From: Candidatus Micrarchaeota archaeon | Lineage (GTDB): Archaea > Micrarchaeota > Micrarchaeia > Micrarchaeales > CABMGC01 | Assembly: GCA_028866995.1 (NCBI GenBank) | Contig: JAGWHD010000001.1 | Location: forward strand, 465,030 to 529,029 | Length of the DNA: 64,000 bases | Direction of reading: 5' to 3' | Shown here: positions 27,786 through 36,477 of the stretch, piece after piece | How the letters are laid out: each line of letters opens with the position of its first letter | How positions within the stretch are numbered: the first letter of the stretch is position 1 | Notes under the pieces: generated by a model | What the model was told of the DNA's origin: nothing | Seen by the model: only the letters and a program-made list of their open reading frames with translations | Database searches by the model: none | Position numbers and translations under genes: made by a program

Positions 27786-28406
27786 ATGTCGTCTACAAAG
27801 ATTTTTATTAGTCATGCTGCCGAAGGTAAATTTCTTGCAGGTCAGATTAAAGGCTATCTATTATACAATTTTGGGTTAGATGTGTTTGTAGCGCATGATG
27901 ACATCAAACCATTATCAGATTGGAGAGAAGAACTTTTGAAAGGGATGAAAGAAAGTAATGTCATTATTATACTTCTCACAAAAGATTGCAGAGAATCTGA
28001 ATGGGTTGATCAAGAAAGTGGAATGGGAGTAATTTTAGGACATAAGATAATACCGATTTCTGTCGATGGTACAACTCCACATGGATTTATTAATAAGTAT
28101 CAAGCGTTTAAATGGTCTGGTGAATTCGATGCAGGTATGTCTCGCCTAATTACTCTTATGACTCGACAGGGACTTATAACTATTGACAATTTTATTGATA
28201 AATTAGACAGAACAACAGATTTTCACGATGCTAAAAGAAACTTGAAAACTATAATGAATATGGAAGATGATGGAGTGAAACTTGACCAAAAGCAAGTTAA
28301 TAGGATAGTAGATATTACAAAACATAACTATGCTGTCTCTAATTCTTTTTCTGCCGAATCACTTATTGCGGAGTTTATTAAAAAACATAAAAAAGATATA
28401 GAATGA
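27786..28406 (+). CDS. TIR-like (TIR_2/DUF1863-type) domain protein with unassigned helical C-terminal half
   Basis: KIFISHA..., GLDVFVAHDDIKPLSDWREEL, SNVIIILLTKDCRESEWVDQESG and HKIIPISVD match the TIR beta-alpha pattern, including the S-x-W...E segment. Confidence 0.65.
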   Translation: MSSTKIFISHAAEGKFLAGQIKGYLLYNFGLDVFVAHDDIKPLSDWREELLKGMKESNVIIILLTKDCRESEWVDQESGMGVILGHKIIPISVDGTTPHGFINKYQAFKWSGEFDAGMSRLITLMTRQGLITIDNFIDKLDRTTDFHDAKRNLKTIMNMEDDGVKLDQKQVNRIVDITKHNYAVSNSFSAESLIAEFIKKHKKDIE

Positions 28407-28411
28407 GGATA

Positions 28412-28469
28412 ATTTCCGTTTTCCGACAAAATTAGGACTTTTCCGACAACTTCAAAGTTTTCCTACAAA
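28412..28469 (+). repeat. three direct repeats TTTTCC(G/T)ACAA at 20/19-nt spacing
   Basis: Read directly at 28419-28430, 28439-28450 and 28458-28469, with a partial ATTTCCG at 28412. They lie between the TIR gene stop and the convergent Nre gene stop. Confidence 0.6.
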
Positions 28470-28523
28470 GCCAAACTAAACATAATATACTTAAGTACAA
28501 GTATGGCATCTAAAGGTTCGGAT

Positions 28524-29732
28524 TTAGCCGGTAAGGCGCTTCTGGTACATCTCCTTAGTGAGGAGGGTGCTGTTCCTTATCCATGTCTTGATCGGTATCT
28601 CCATCTTGGTGGAGATGTAAGAATAGAGCTGCTCCCTAGTCTCGAAGTACAGCGGTGTTCCTCTCAATGCCTCCCTTACGTGCTCCCTTACGTTCCAGAC
28701 TCCTACAGGCATTATGTAGCCTTCGTGCGCCTCCCTGAGTATGACGACTCTTGCCTGCTTCTCCATCTTGTCGAGCAGCTCTGTGGAAGCGAGCTTCGCC
28801 GCGTAGTAGCAGCCGCCTATCTCTGCATACTTGGTTCTGCCTGTGAAAGGCTCGTACGATGAGTATATGTCTATGGACTTGCCGTCCGGATTCCAAGAGG
28901 TCTTCGGATACCAAGCTTCTACAAGCTCGTATTCCCAAGCTCCTGGGAACATTATGACCAGCCAGCGGTTGTCAAGCGCGTTGTTAGGGTATACCCTTAT
29001 GCAGTCTATGCTGTCATACTCCTTGACACCCTTGAGCTTGTACTTGCCCAGTGTGTCGTCTACAGCGGTTATGCTCCATCTGGTAGGCACAAACTTCCTG
29101 TTCTTCCCAGTTCCCAGCACTCCTGCGGACAACGCCTTCTGGATCTTCGATACAAGCACATCCTTCTCGTAGAGCTCTATGATGGCATCCTTCGCAGGCA
29201 TCGCCGTATCGCGGTAGGCGCTCTCCACCTTCTGGTTTACAGTAGTGTTGTCTATGCGCATGTCCTTGAGCGTAGCGCTCGGCCCGTACGGCTGGCTGTT
29301 CTCATCGAAGCTCATCCTGAGCACGGGCCTGTGCGCCAACGTCTCTGTGACCCCGCTGTACTTGTCCGATATGGCAAGCTCCTTGACCATCTCCTCTATC
29401 CTTCCATTATCGGCGTTGGTGACCTTGGTCCTGTACATGCCCCTTATCAGCATCGACCTCATCTCCACTATCTCGGGTATGCTCTTGCCGACCCATCTCT
29501 CGGGAGTGCTCATTATGGAGGTGTCGCCGAACTGCGGCGGCACCATCGGCCCTATGTTTACGTTCGGGTACCCGAACCTGCCAACGAATATGTCTGGAGG
29601 GGACGATCCCTGCACGTCATTGCCGGAAAGATGCTCCAGTGCCTTGAACTTGTAGTAGTACTTGAGCAGGGACGGATCTCTCATGTTCTTGTAGACTGCT
29701 ATGGACCTTACAACATCCATGCCTGCCATCAT
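28524..29732 (-). CDS. nreA: archaeal Nre-family DNA repair protein (DUF650/DUF651)
   Basis: SSPPDIFVGRFGYPNVNIGPM and a ~400-aa size match my recollection of the Nre family. Confidence 0.55.
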   Translation of the reverse strand: MMAGMDVVRSIAVYKNMRDPSLLKYYYKFKALEHLSGNDVQGSSPPDIFVGRFGYPNVNIGPMVPPQFGDTSIMSTPERWVGKSIPEIVEMRSMLIRGMYRTKVTNADNGRIEEMVKELAISDKYSGVTETLAHRPVLRMSFDENSQPYGPSATLKDMRIDNTTVNQKVESAYRDTAMPAKDAIIELYEKDVLVSKIQKALSAGVLGTGKNRKFVPTRWSITAVDDTLGKYKLKGVKEYDSIDCIRVYPNNALDNRWLVIMFPGAWEYELVEAWYPKTSWNPDGKSIDIYSSYEPFTGRTKYAEIGGCYYAAKLASTELLDKMEKQARVVILREAHEGYIMPVGVWNVREHVREALRGTPLYFETREQLYSYISTKMEIPIKTWIRNSTLLTKEMYQKRLTG

Positions 29733-29904
29733 TTAGCACCCTTATAAATCCTAAGCCCTCATTACAGAATAAGCAGCTCAGATATTAAAAGGTGTCAAGA
29801 TAAACGTTTTACTCAGGAGAGTATCAAAGGTCTTCGCGAACTGCAAAGGGGTAAGCCGCATAATCCTGATCAACACAGGAAGCCGTGACCCTAACTTCAC
29901 CTAC

Positions 29905-30879
29905 ATGACTGGGTTCTCGAGCGGGCTGTTCGAAGGGAACTCGCTGATAATCGGGAGAAAAGGGATAGAGCTGTTCACGAACTCCCTGGAGTACGAGGAC
30001 GCGATGAAGCAGAGGGGTGCGGGGCTCAAGGTCACTAAGGTCGTGAGCTCGAGGCAGCTCAAAGGCCTGCTTGCAAAGGCGATAAAGGGAAAGGTAATAG
30101 GGATAAACGAGGGCTTCCTTCCAGCGAGCCTTTACAACAGGATAAGGAAGACGTACAAGCCCAGGAAGATAATAGACGCTTCAGAGGCTTTCTCAAAGGC
30201 AAGGTCGGTAAAGGACCAGGCAGAGGCCGCAAACATAAAGAGGGCGGCACGGATAACAAAGACGGCAATGTCAATGATAAAGACAAAGCTGAAGATTGGC
30301 ATAACAGAGAAGCAGATTGCCGCAGAGTTCGACTACATATCAGGTACGCTCGGATCAGAGGGCCCTTCCTTCAGCACCATAGTGTGCTTCGGCAGGAACG
30401 CGTCGATACCGCACCACATGCCTGACAACACGAAGCTCAAGGAAGGGGATTTCGTGCTGATAGACGCTGGTGCAAGGTTCCGCAACTACTGTTCAGACAT
30501 AACCCGTACATTCATATTCAGGGGAAAGGCAAAGGCCAACGCAAGGGAGCAGGAGATGTATAACGTCGTCAAGGAGGCGCAAAGGATAGCCATATCAATG
30601 ATAAAGGAAGGAACAGTCGCGTCAAAGGTGGACAAGGCCGCACGCGACTACATAGACGGCTTCGCAAAAGGGAGGTACAAGGGAAGGTTCATACATTCTC
30701 TTGGCCATTCTCTAGGGATAGAGGTGCACGACGGCGACGGCCTGTATCCGGGCAACAACCAAAGGCTTAAGGCCGGGATGGTCGTCACAGTAGAACCAGG
30801 AGTATATGTCCCGGGATTCGGCGGCGTGAGGATAGAGGACGACGTGCTCGTAGGGAAGAAAAACGCAATCATACTTTAA
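29905..30879 (+). CDS. Xaa-Pro (M24B) aminopeptidase/dipeptidase; true start probably upstream
   Basis: Metal ligands are in FVLIDAGARFRNYCSDITRT, HSLGHSLGIEVHD, VEPG and IED. The open frame continues upstream to 29773 with family-typical sequence but has no ATG/GTG/TTG there. Confidence 0.8.
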   Translation: MTGFSSGLFEGNSLIIGRKGIELFTNSLEYEDAMKQRGAGLKVTKVVSSRQLKGLLAKAIKGKVIGINEGFLPASLYNRIRKTYKPRKIIDASEAFSKARSVKDQAEAANIKRAARITKTAMSMIKTKLKIGITEKQIAAEFDYISGTLGSEGPSFSTIVCFGRNASIPHHMPDNTKLKEGDFVLIDAGARFRNYCSDITRTFIFRGKAKANAREQEMYNVVKEAQRIAISMIKEGTVASKVDKAARDYIDGFAKGRYKGRFIHSLGHSLGIEVHDGDGLYPGNNQRLKAGMVVTVEPGVYVPGFGGVRIEDDVLVGKKNAIIL

Positions 30880-30953
30880 GGGGGGCTCTGCTAGCTTGGT
30901 CAGGCTTCAGCCTTCGGGAGGCTGCGACCCGTGTTCAAATCACGGGCCCCCCG
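30880..30953 (+). tRNA. tRNA-Pro (anticodon CGG), no encoded CCA
   Basis: Hand-folded. The acceptor stem GGGGGGC/GCCCCCC has 7 perfect bp. The anticodon stem is CAGCC/GGCTG with loop TTCGGGA. The T arm is CCGTG-TTCAAAT-CACGG. The D loop has A14, GG and A21. There is one T-T mismatch at 10-25. Confidence 0.8.
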
Positions 30954-30959
30954 TAATAT

Positions 30960-31217
30960 TCACTTATCCTTTCCCTTTGTCACGTAGTTGTAGACGCATG
31001 CTGTTATCGCTCCTGCTATGGCTCCGTCTATGAAGCCCAAAACGAGGCCTATCAGCGCTCCGAGCGGCGTTGCGCTGTATCCTATGTACAGCGAGCCGAG
31101 CGTGCTCACGAAGGCTCCGCCCCAGCCGAACATAGCCAGAAATCCTGCCCCTCCAACTCCCAGGCCCCAGGTCGTCCCTGCGGCTATTGCCAATCCCTTT
31201 ATAGATACTTTTGCCAT
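30960..31217 (-). CDS. small Gly-rich (glycine-zipper) membrane protein
   Basis: 85 aa with two hydrophobic Gly/Ala-rich helices (GxxxG repeats). No family assigned. Confidence 0.45.
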   Translation of the reverse strand: MAKVSIKGLAIAAGTTWGLGVGGAGFLAMFGWGGAFVSTLGSLYIGYSATPLGALIGLVLGFIDGAIAGAITACVYNYVTKGKDK

Positions 31218-31265
31218 TTTATCCCGGAAACTATCTGGCAGGAAAAGCTTAAAGCGCTTGTCATC

Positions 31266-31898
31266 TCAAAGGCACAGGGGGTCCGCAGGAGTGCACGGCG
31301 CTCCTGTGTTGGAATCCCTTGCTCCGCTGCCTGGCTTTATTGTGTCGGCAAGGAACTTCATCTGCACCGCTGCTGACTGACGGCTGCCGAGCGTCACCTT
31401 CGACACGAAGATGCCTATTACCGGATTTGTCTGGTTTTGTGACGTTGCCGGGAACTCCATGTAGGACTCGGTGCCCTCCGCAACCGACCTCTGGTAAGAT
31501 GCGCCATTGGGTTCGTAGACATCGAATGCGGCTGCACTGACAGCCTGCCCATTGACCGAGGTCGTGCCGACGGCCGCCAGAACGACCGTATACCCATGCA
31601 TGCTTATCGCGTCATGCCCTTTCTGGTTCGGGTATAATATCCGCACGCCGCTGAGCTGCGATACGGGGCTTATGCTGTCATAGGCCCCCGAAGCGGTCTT
31701 CGCAGTCGGGTCCTTCTTTACCGGATCTTTTCTCGCGACCTCCTTGGCAGCTACCGCATGCACTGCAGCGACAGCCCTGTGGCTGCCATCCCTTACGGCA
31801 TGCCTGAGATAGGCTCCCGAGGCTACTGCAACTGCTAACGCGGTGCCGTACACAGCCACTACGGTCCTTGTGCTGACTCCCATAAGCCCCACCTGCAC
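31266..31898 (-). CDS. hypothetical membrane-anchored protein
   Basis: GTG start, an N-terminal hydrophobic helix and an Ala-rich sequence. No motif recognised. Confidence 0.4.
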   Translation of the reverse strand: MQVGLMGVSTRTVVAVYGTALAVAVASGAYLRHAVRDGSHRAVAAVHAVAAKEVARKDPVKKDPTAKTASGAYDSISPVSQLSGVRILYPNQKGHDAISMHGYTVVLAAVGTTSVNGQAVSAAAFDVYEPNGASYQRSVAEGTESYMEFPATSQNQTNPVIGIFVSKVTLGSRQSAAVQMKFLADTIKPGSGARDSNTGAPCTPADPLCL

Positions 31899-31944
31899 GA
31901 ATCTAGACCCATTGCCTGATTCTTAAGGCTTTCGTCCGAACGCA

Positions 31945-33588
31945 TCAGCCTGCCGCAGCTGTCGCATTGCCGGTATAATACAGCTTCGCCTGGAAAGGCA
32001 TGCCTGCTGCCTGGACTGCAGATGTGACGCTGTCAGGATAACTTGGATAAAGGACGAGATTCCAGTAAGGGCACTGGACGGGATCGGGGGTGTAGTTCAG
32101 GTTGAACGCCGAGTAGTACTTCGGTATTATCACGTAGACATTGCTGGGTATGCCCCTGCAGTCCCTTATGCTGTCGTACGCATGGAACCTGCTCATGTTG
32201 TCGTATCCAGTATAAACGAGCACGTCGGCGAACCCCGACTCGTAGTATATGCCTGTGCTGTCCGGCAGGGTCGTGATGTAGTTGGCTATGCTCCTCTGGT
32301 CGTATGTCTGGTACTTGACCACGCTGTGCCAATACAGGCTTATCTGGAGCCCGCTCAGCACCAGCAGGCAGACGATTGCGGCTGATGCCGACAGCGCTGC
32401 GTATCTCCTTGCCTTCCTCCTGTTGTCATGGACGAACCTTACGATGCCCATTGAAATCAGGAGCACTGTCGGGACGCTGACTATGGTCAAATACCTCCAT
32501 AGCCTGTGCGTCACTATGTACTCGAACGGGAAGAGCCTGAAGTATATCGGTCCGAACTCCAGGTAGAGGAAAGCGACACCGAACCATACGAACGGTACGT
32601 AAGCCCGCTTCTCCTTCCTTGCGAGTAGGTACAACGAGGAGAGCACAAAGGCGTAGAAGTAGAACCCAACGTTGTTGTGGTTCGACGAGTAGATAGCGCT
32701 CCATATGGACAGCGGGTTCAGGATCCCGTAATGCGCCGCGTTTCCCAGCACAGAGATTATCCTGTAAGGGAACATGGTGTTGAAGTAGAAGTACGGATTG
32801 GTGTTGATCAGTATGCCCTCGACGGCGGTGCCGGCAGTGCTGTATATTGCAGCGGTCCCGGTTATCGTTATGAAAGGCCTTCCAGCATTGCCGTAGTTGA
32901 AGGCCATGAGGCATGCCCCTGCGGCAAGCAGCCCGTAAATGAGGTATGCGCTGGTCCTGTCGAGCCTTATCCTGCCCATGACAAGCTCCGCAGCCAGGTA
33001 TACTGCCAGCACCACGATTATTATCGCGCCTGCAGGGGTCGTCAGCGGAGCCGCAACTACGAAGATTCCGCAGAGGAAGTACCACAGCCATGACCTGCTC
33101 CTCTGCGCCCTTATCACGGACAGCATCACAAGGCCGGTCACGAGCGCCTCCACCATGTTGGGGCTTGGGGTCCCTGCCAGAACAGTCATGAGCGGGAAGA
33201 AGCCCATGAGAAGCGCAGCAAGCAGGCCTGCGTAATCGTTGTAGAGCTCCCTGCCTATGCAGAACGTTATGACTATCGCGCCTGCGAACGCGGTTATCGC
33301 CCATGCGGCGCTGCTGAGGGCGCTGATTCCGAAGAGCTTGAAGAAGACCGCGATAGGGAATATGCTCAGGAGCCTGAAGCTGAATATGTCCGTCGCATAC
33401 TCGTGGAAGCTTCCATTGGCTGCCACGTTTGCATAGTAGGTATAGACAGAATCGTCGCCGAAGTACGCAGGCCCTTCCACCATCGCTATCTCGTAGACAA
33501 CTGCGCATGCCACTATAAGGCCGAGAGCGAAAAGGAAAAGCCTATGGCGCGGCGCACCGGTGCGTGCACTCCTACCTCTCTTTCTCAT
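31945..33588 (-). CDS. GT-C fold glycosyltransferase (ArnT/PMT, GT39-like)
   Basis: More than 10 TM helices, with an acidic DD motif in the first extracytoplasmic loop (PAYFGDDSVYTYY). Confidence 0.5.
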   Translation of the reverse strand: MRKRGRSARTGAPRHRLFLFALGLIVACAVVYEIAMVEGPAYFGDDSVYTYYANVAANGSFHEYATDIFSFRLLSIFPIAVFFKLFGISALSSAAWAITAFAGAIVITFCIGRELYNDYAGLLAALLMGFFPLMTVLAGTPSPNMVEALVTGLVMLSVIRAQRSRSWLWYFLCGIFVVAAPLTTPAGAIIIVVLAVYLAAELVMGRIRLDRTSAYLIYGLLAAGACLMAFNYGNAGRPFITITGTAAIYSTAGTAVEGILINTNPYFYFNTMFPYRIISVLGNAAHYGILNPLSIWSAIYSSNHNNVGFYFYAFVLSSLYLLARKEKRAYVPFVWFGVAFLYLEFGPIYFRLFPFEYIVTHRLWRYLTIVSVPTVLLISMGIVRFVHDNRRKARRYAALSASAAIVCLLVLSGLQISLYWHSVVKYQTYDQRSIANYITTLPDSTGIYYESGFADVLVYTGYDNMSRFHAYDSIRDCRGIPSNVYVIIPKYYSAFNLNYTPDPVQCPYWNLVLYPSYPDSVTSAVQAAGMPFQAKLYYTGNATAAAG

Positions 33589-33639
33589 ATCCTTAACTAT
33601 CTTCCTATAACTTAAAAAATAATCAGGAGCCCGGTCTTC

Positions 33640-34590
33640 ATGAGAAGCAACAGAAGCAACATCGGATTGGCTGACATCCTAGTGTCAAGGATCATGTTCC
33701 TGGTAAGGGCGGTCAACCTCAGCATAAGCTACGCGATAGTCACGTATCCTGTAATAGACAACTGGTACGACATACTGCTGCTAAAGGGCGGGGCCAGGAC
33801 CGAAGTGAAGATACGGCTGAGAAGGGCGAACAGCAGGAGGCGCGGGATATCCTCATACGCATTGAGGCTGCGCAAGCTCCTGCTGCCAAGCAGAGGAACG
33901 TTCGAGTCCATAGGGAACGGAATATGCAGCGTGGACTACCTAGGCAAGACTGTGCGCTTCTCGTACGCCAACGGCAAGCAGCTGCTGGACGTGGTGCAGC
34001 TGGTCACTGACCAGTTCATGCTGGACCAGTACCAGTGGTTGAAGCCAAATGGCAAGGAGATTGTGGACATAGGGGCGTGCATAGGCGACACTGCGATATA
34101 CTTCGCCATGAACGGCGCCAGGCACGTCTACTCGTTCGAGCCATACCCGTACTCATTCAGGATAGCAAGGAAGAACATACGACTTAACGGCATGTCCAAC
34201 CGCATAACCCTGCTTAACGAGGGCTGCGGCGCGAGAAACTGCACGATAGCAGTGAACGAGGGCTTCGAGAGCGACGAGCTGAGCTCCATCCGCGACTTCG
34301 GCAAAGGGAAGCGGATAAGCATGGTCACGCTCGAGGGGATCGTCAAAAGGTACGGACTCGAAGATGCGCTGCTGAAGATCGACTGCGAGGGCTCGGAATA
34401 CGGCATAATCATTGGAGCGGACAAGGGCACGTTGCGGAAGTTCTCCAAGATGATGATAGAGTACCATAACGGATACAGGAACCTGAAGGAGAAGCTCGAG
34501 AGCGCCGGATTCTCGGTCAGCGTCGAGCCGCCAACGTACCTTGCGAACAGGAAGGTCTACTTCGGCTTCCTCTTCGCGCGAAGAATATGA
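33640..34590 (+). CDS. FkbM-family methyltransferase
   Basis: VDIGACIGDTAIYFAMNGARHVYSFEPYPYSF...NGMSNRITLLNEG is the typical FkbM SAM-MT core. Confidence 0.65.
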   Translation: MRSNRSNIGLADILVSRIMFLVRAVNLSISYAIVTYPVIDNWYDILLLKGGARTEVKIRLRRANSRRRGISSYALRLRKLLLPSRGTFESIGNGICSVDYLGKTVRFSYANGKQLLDVVQLVTDQFMLDQYQWLKPNGKEIVDIGACIGDTAIYFAMNGARHVYSFEPYPYSFRIARKNIRLNGMSNRITLLNEGCGARNCTIAVNEGFESDELSSIRDFGKGKRISMVTLEGIVKRYGLEDALLKIDCEGSEYGIIIGADKGTLRKFSKMMIEYHNGYRNLKEKLESAGFSVSVEPPTYLANRKVYFGFLFARRI

Positions 34591-34593
34591 GGA

Positions 34594-36390
34594 CTACTCT
34601 GTCGCTGTCTGTCTTGCAGGTATGCCCCCTTCGCTATCGCCTGATTGTCCGATGCGCTTCCTCTTCCTGACCACGAATTTCCCTATGACCAGCGTATCGG
34701 CTCCAGTGTTCATCAGCGTCCAGAGAGCATCCTCAGGCCTCATGACCATCGGCTTCCCGTGCTTGTTCAGGCTCGTGTTAAGCACCGCTCCCGTGCCGGT
34801 CATCCTCCTGACATGCTCTATCAGCCTCCTGTACATCGGGTTCTCGTCCCCGAGTATCTGCGGCCTCGTGGTATGGTCGACATGCGATGCTGCTGACATG
34901 GCTAGCCTGTACTCCTCCCTTACGACATTGGCCCCTGTCATGAACCTGTTCGCATGCGCATAATCCTGAAGCAGCTCTTCGGCGTCCTCCTCAAGCACAG
35001 TGCTCGCGAACGGCTGGTAATACGGCCTCTTCTTTATTATCAAGTTTATCCTGTTCCTGTTCTCGGGATCCGAAGGAAGGGCAAGCACGCTCCTGTTGCC
35101 CAGTGCCCTCGGTCCGTACTCCATGGGCCCCTGGAACCACAGTATTATCCTGTTCTCAGCGATGAGGTCAGCAGCATGTCTCGCCGGATCCGATACCTCC
35201 TCATACTCGAGCTCCTGCGGATTCTCCCTTACCGCCTCATTGACTGCCTTGCCTACCTGCCCGTCGGTGTACGAAGGGCCAAAGTACGCGCTCTCTATCT
35301 GCCTTGCGTTGAACTTCCCGTTGAGCATGAAATCGATGCCTGCGGCTGCGCCGAGCGACAAGCCTCCGTCTCCCATGTGCGGGAACACGAAAAGGCTCTT
35401 GACCTCCGGAAGGCGCTCTATCATCATGTTGGTTATCACATTCGAGAAGAAGCCCCCTGCGACTGCAACGTTGTGTATCCCTGTCTCCTCTATCCACTGC
35501 TTTACTATCTTCAGCACCTGCTCCTCCACGTGCGCCTGCACCGCATACGCGAACTGCTCCCTCTCCACATGCGAGAGTATGTGGTCCTTCATGTATTCTG
35601 CGAGCAGGAACTCGTTCCTGGTGCCTATGTCGGATACGAGCTGCCTGCTCCTTGCGTCGTACCTGCATATCCTGGCCAGCTCGTCTATCCTCTTGGGATA
35701 AGAATAAGCCGCGAGGCTCATCAGCTTGCCCTCGTCCTCCCCATATCTCATGTCGCAGGCGATGGTGGCTGCTCCGTACAGTATGCCGAGGCTTGCGCTG
35801 GCCCTGAACTCCGCCAGCCTGGTTATATCGCCGTTGCTCCCTACCGACACTGTGCCGCTGAGACCGTCCCCGGCCCCGTCAAGGGTGATGACCAGAGCCT
35901 CCTTGAATCCTGAAGTGTAATAGGCAGAGGATGCGTGCGCAAGGTGGTGCTCCATCATGTAAACCTTCTTTCCGGCGAGCTCCTTCGAGATCCCTCCTAG
36001 CCTCTTCCTTACCGTTCTCATACCTACGTACGCGCCAGCAAGCTCCCACATCTTCCTCGGGTGCTGGTCCTGTATCAGCCTGTACGCGAGATTTGACAGG
36101 TGCATGCCGATCCTGGATGGCTTGGGCACCTCCCTCCTCCACATCCTCCTCCTCAGCGATCCCCATCTGGGCACGAGCCTGGATATCAGCGCGTTGCCCC
36201 CTATCCATGCAAGCGCTATGGCATCTGTATCCTGTCCGAGCCCATGGATGTGCCTTACCGAATCGTACGGGAAGCCGAACTCGTTCTTGTTCCTGGTGAA
36301 GCGCTCCTCGTTTACCGCGCAGACCACCGAACCGTTGCCTACCATCGCGGCTCCCGAATCGTGCGCATCGCCTATTCCAAGAACCGCCAT
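34594..36390 (-). CDS. carbamoyltransferase (NodU/CmcH family)
   Basis: N-terminal LGIGDAHDSGAAMV...NEERFTRNKNEFGFP, an HHLAHA motif and a C-terminal carbamoyltransferase domain. ~600 aa. Confidence 0.8.
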   Translation of the reverse strand: MAVLGIGDAHDSGAAMVGNGSVVCAVNEERFTRNKNEFGFPYDSVRHIHGLGQDTDAIALAWIGGNALISRLVPRWGSLRRRMWRREVPKPSRIGMHLSNLAYRLIQDQHPRKMWELAGAYVGMRTVRKRLGGISKELAGKKVYMMEHHLAHASSAYYTSGFKEALVITLDGAGDGLSGTVSVGSNGDITRLAEFRASASLGILYGAATIACDMRYGEDEGKLMSLAAYSYPKRIDELARICRYDARSRQLVSDIGTRNEFLLAEYMKDHILSHVEREQFAYAVQAHVEEQVLKIVKQWIEETGIHNVAVAGGFFSNVITNMMIERLPEVKSLFVFPHMGDGGLSLGAAAGIDFMLNGKFNARQIESAYFGPSYTDGQVGKAVNEAVRENPQELEYEEVSDPARHAADLIAENRIILWFQGPMEYGPRALGNRSVLALPSDPENRNRINLIIKKRPYYQPFASTVLEEDAEELLQDYAHANRFMTGANVVREEYRLAMSAASHVDHTTRPQILGDENPMYRRLIEHVRRMTGTGAVLNTSLNKHGKPMVMRPEDALWTLMNTGADTLVIGKFVVRKRKRIGQSGDSEGGIPARQTATE

Positions 36391-36477
36391 AGCCCCACTT
36401 CTACATCTAATTGATGGCCATCATTTATTAATTCTCCATGAGAGCATATCGCGTTACTCCTATACAGAAGTGGTCAA

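Noticed and set aside
30889-30906. T-T mismatch at positions 10-25 of the tRNA-Pro D stem, and a U-U mismatch in the tRNA-Val T stem (50567-50637), considered as signs of pseudo-tRNAs.
   Set aside because: All other stems are perfect and the conserved positions are intact (U33, purine 37, GG in the D loop, TTCRA in the T loop). Single mismatches are tolerated. A tRNAscan-SE run would settle it.
30880-31900. Possible integrated element downstream of tRNA-Pro (a small Gly-zipper membrane protein and a hypothetical protein).
   Set aside because: There is no integrase, no repeat of the tRNA 3' end and no clear compositional break that I could see.
32426-33508. 360-aa same-strand alternative-frame ORF inside the GT-C glycosyltransferase gene. 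The 248-aa ORF 8143-8889 inside gltX is similar.
   Set aside because: The sequences are Arg/Gly/Gln/His-rich low-complexity stretches produced by frame-shifted reading of AGG/GGC-rich codons. The primary frames have coherent TM or catalytic motifs.
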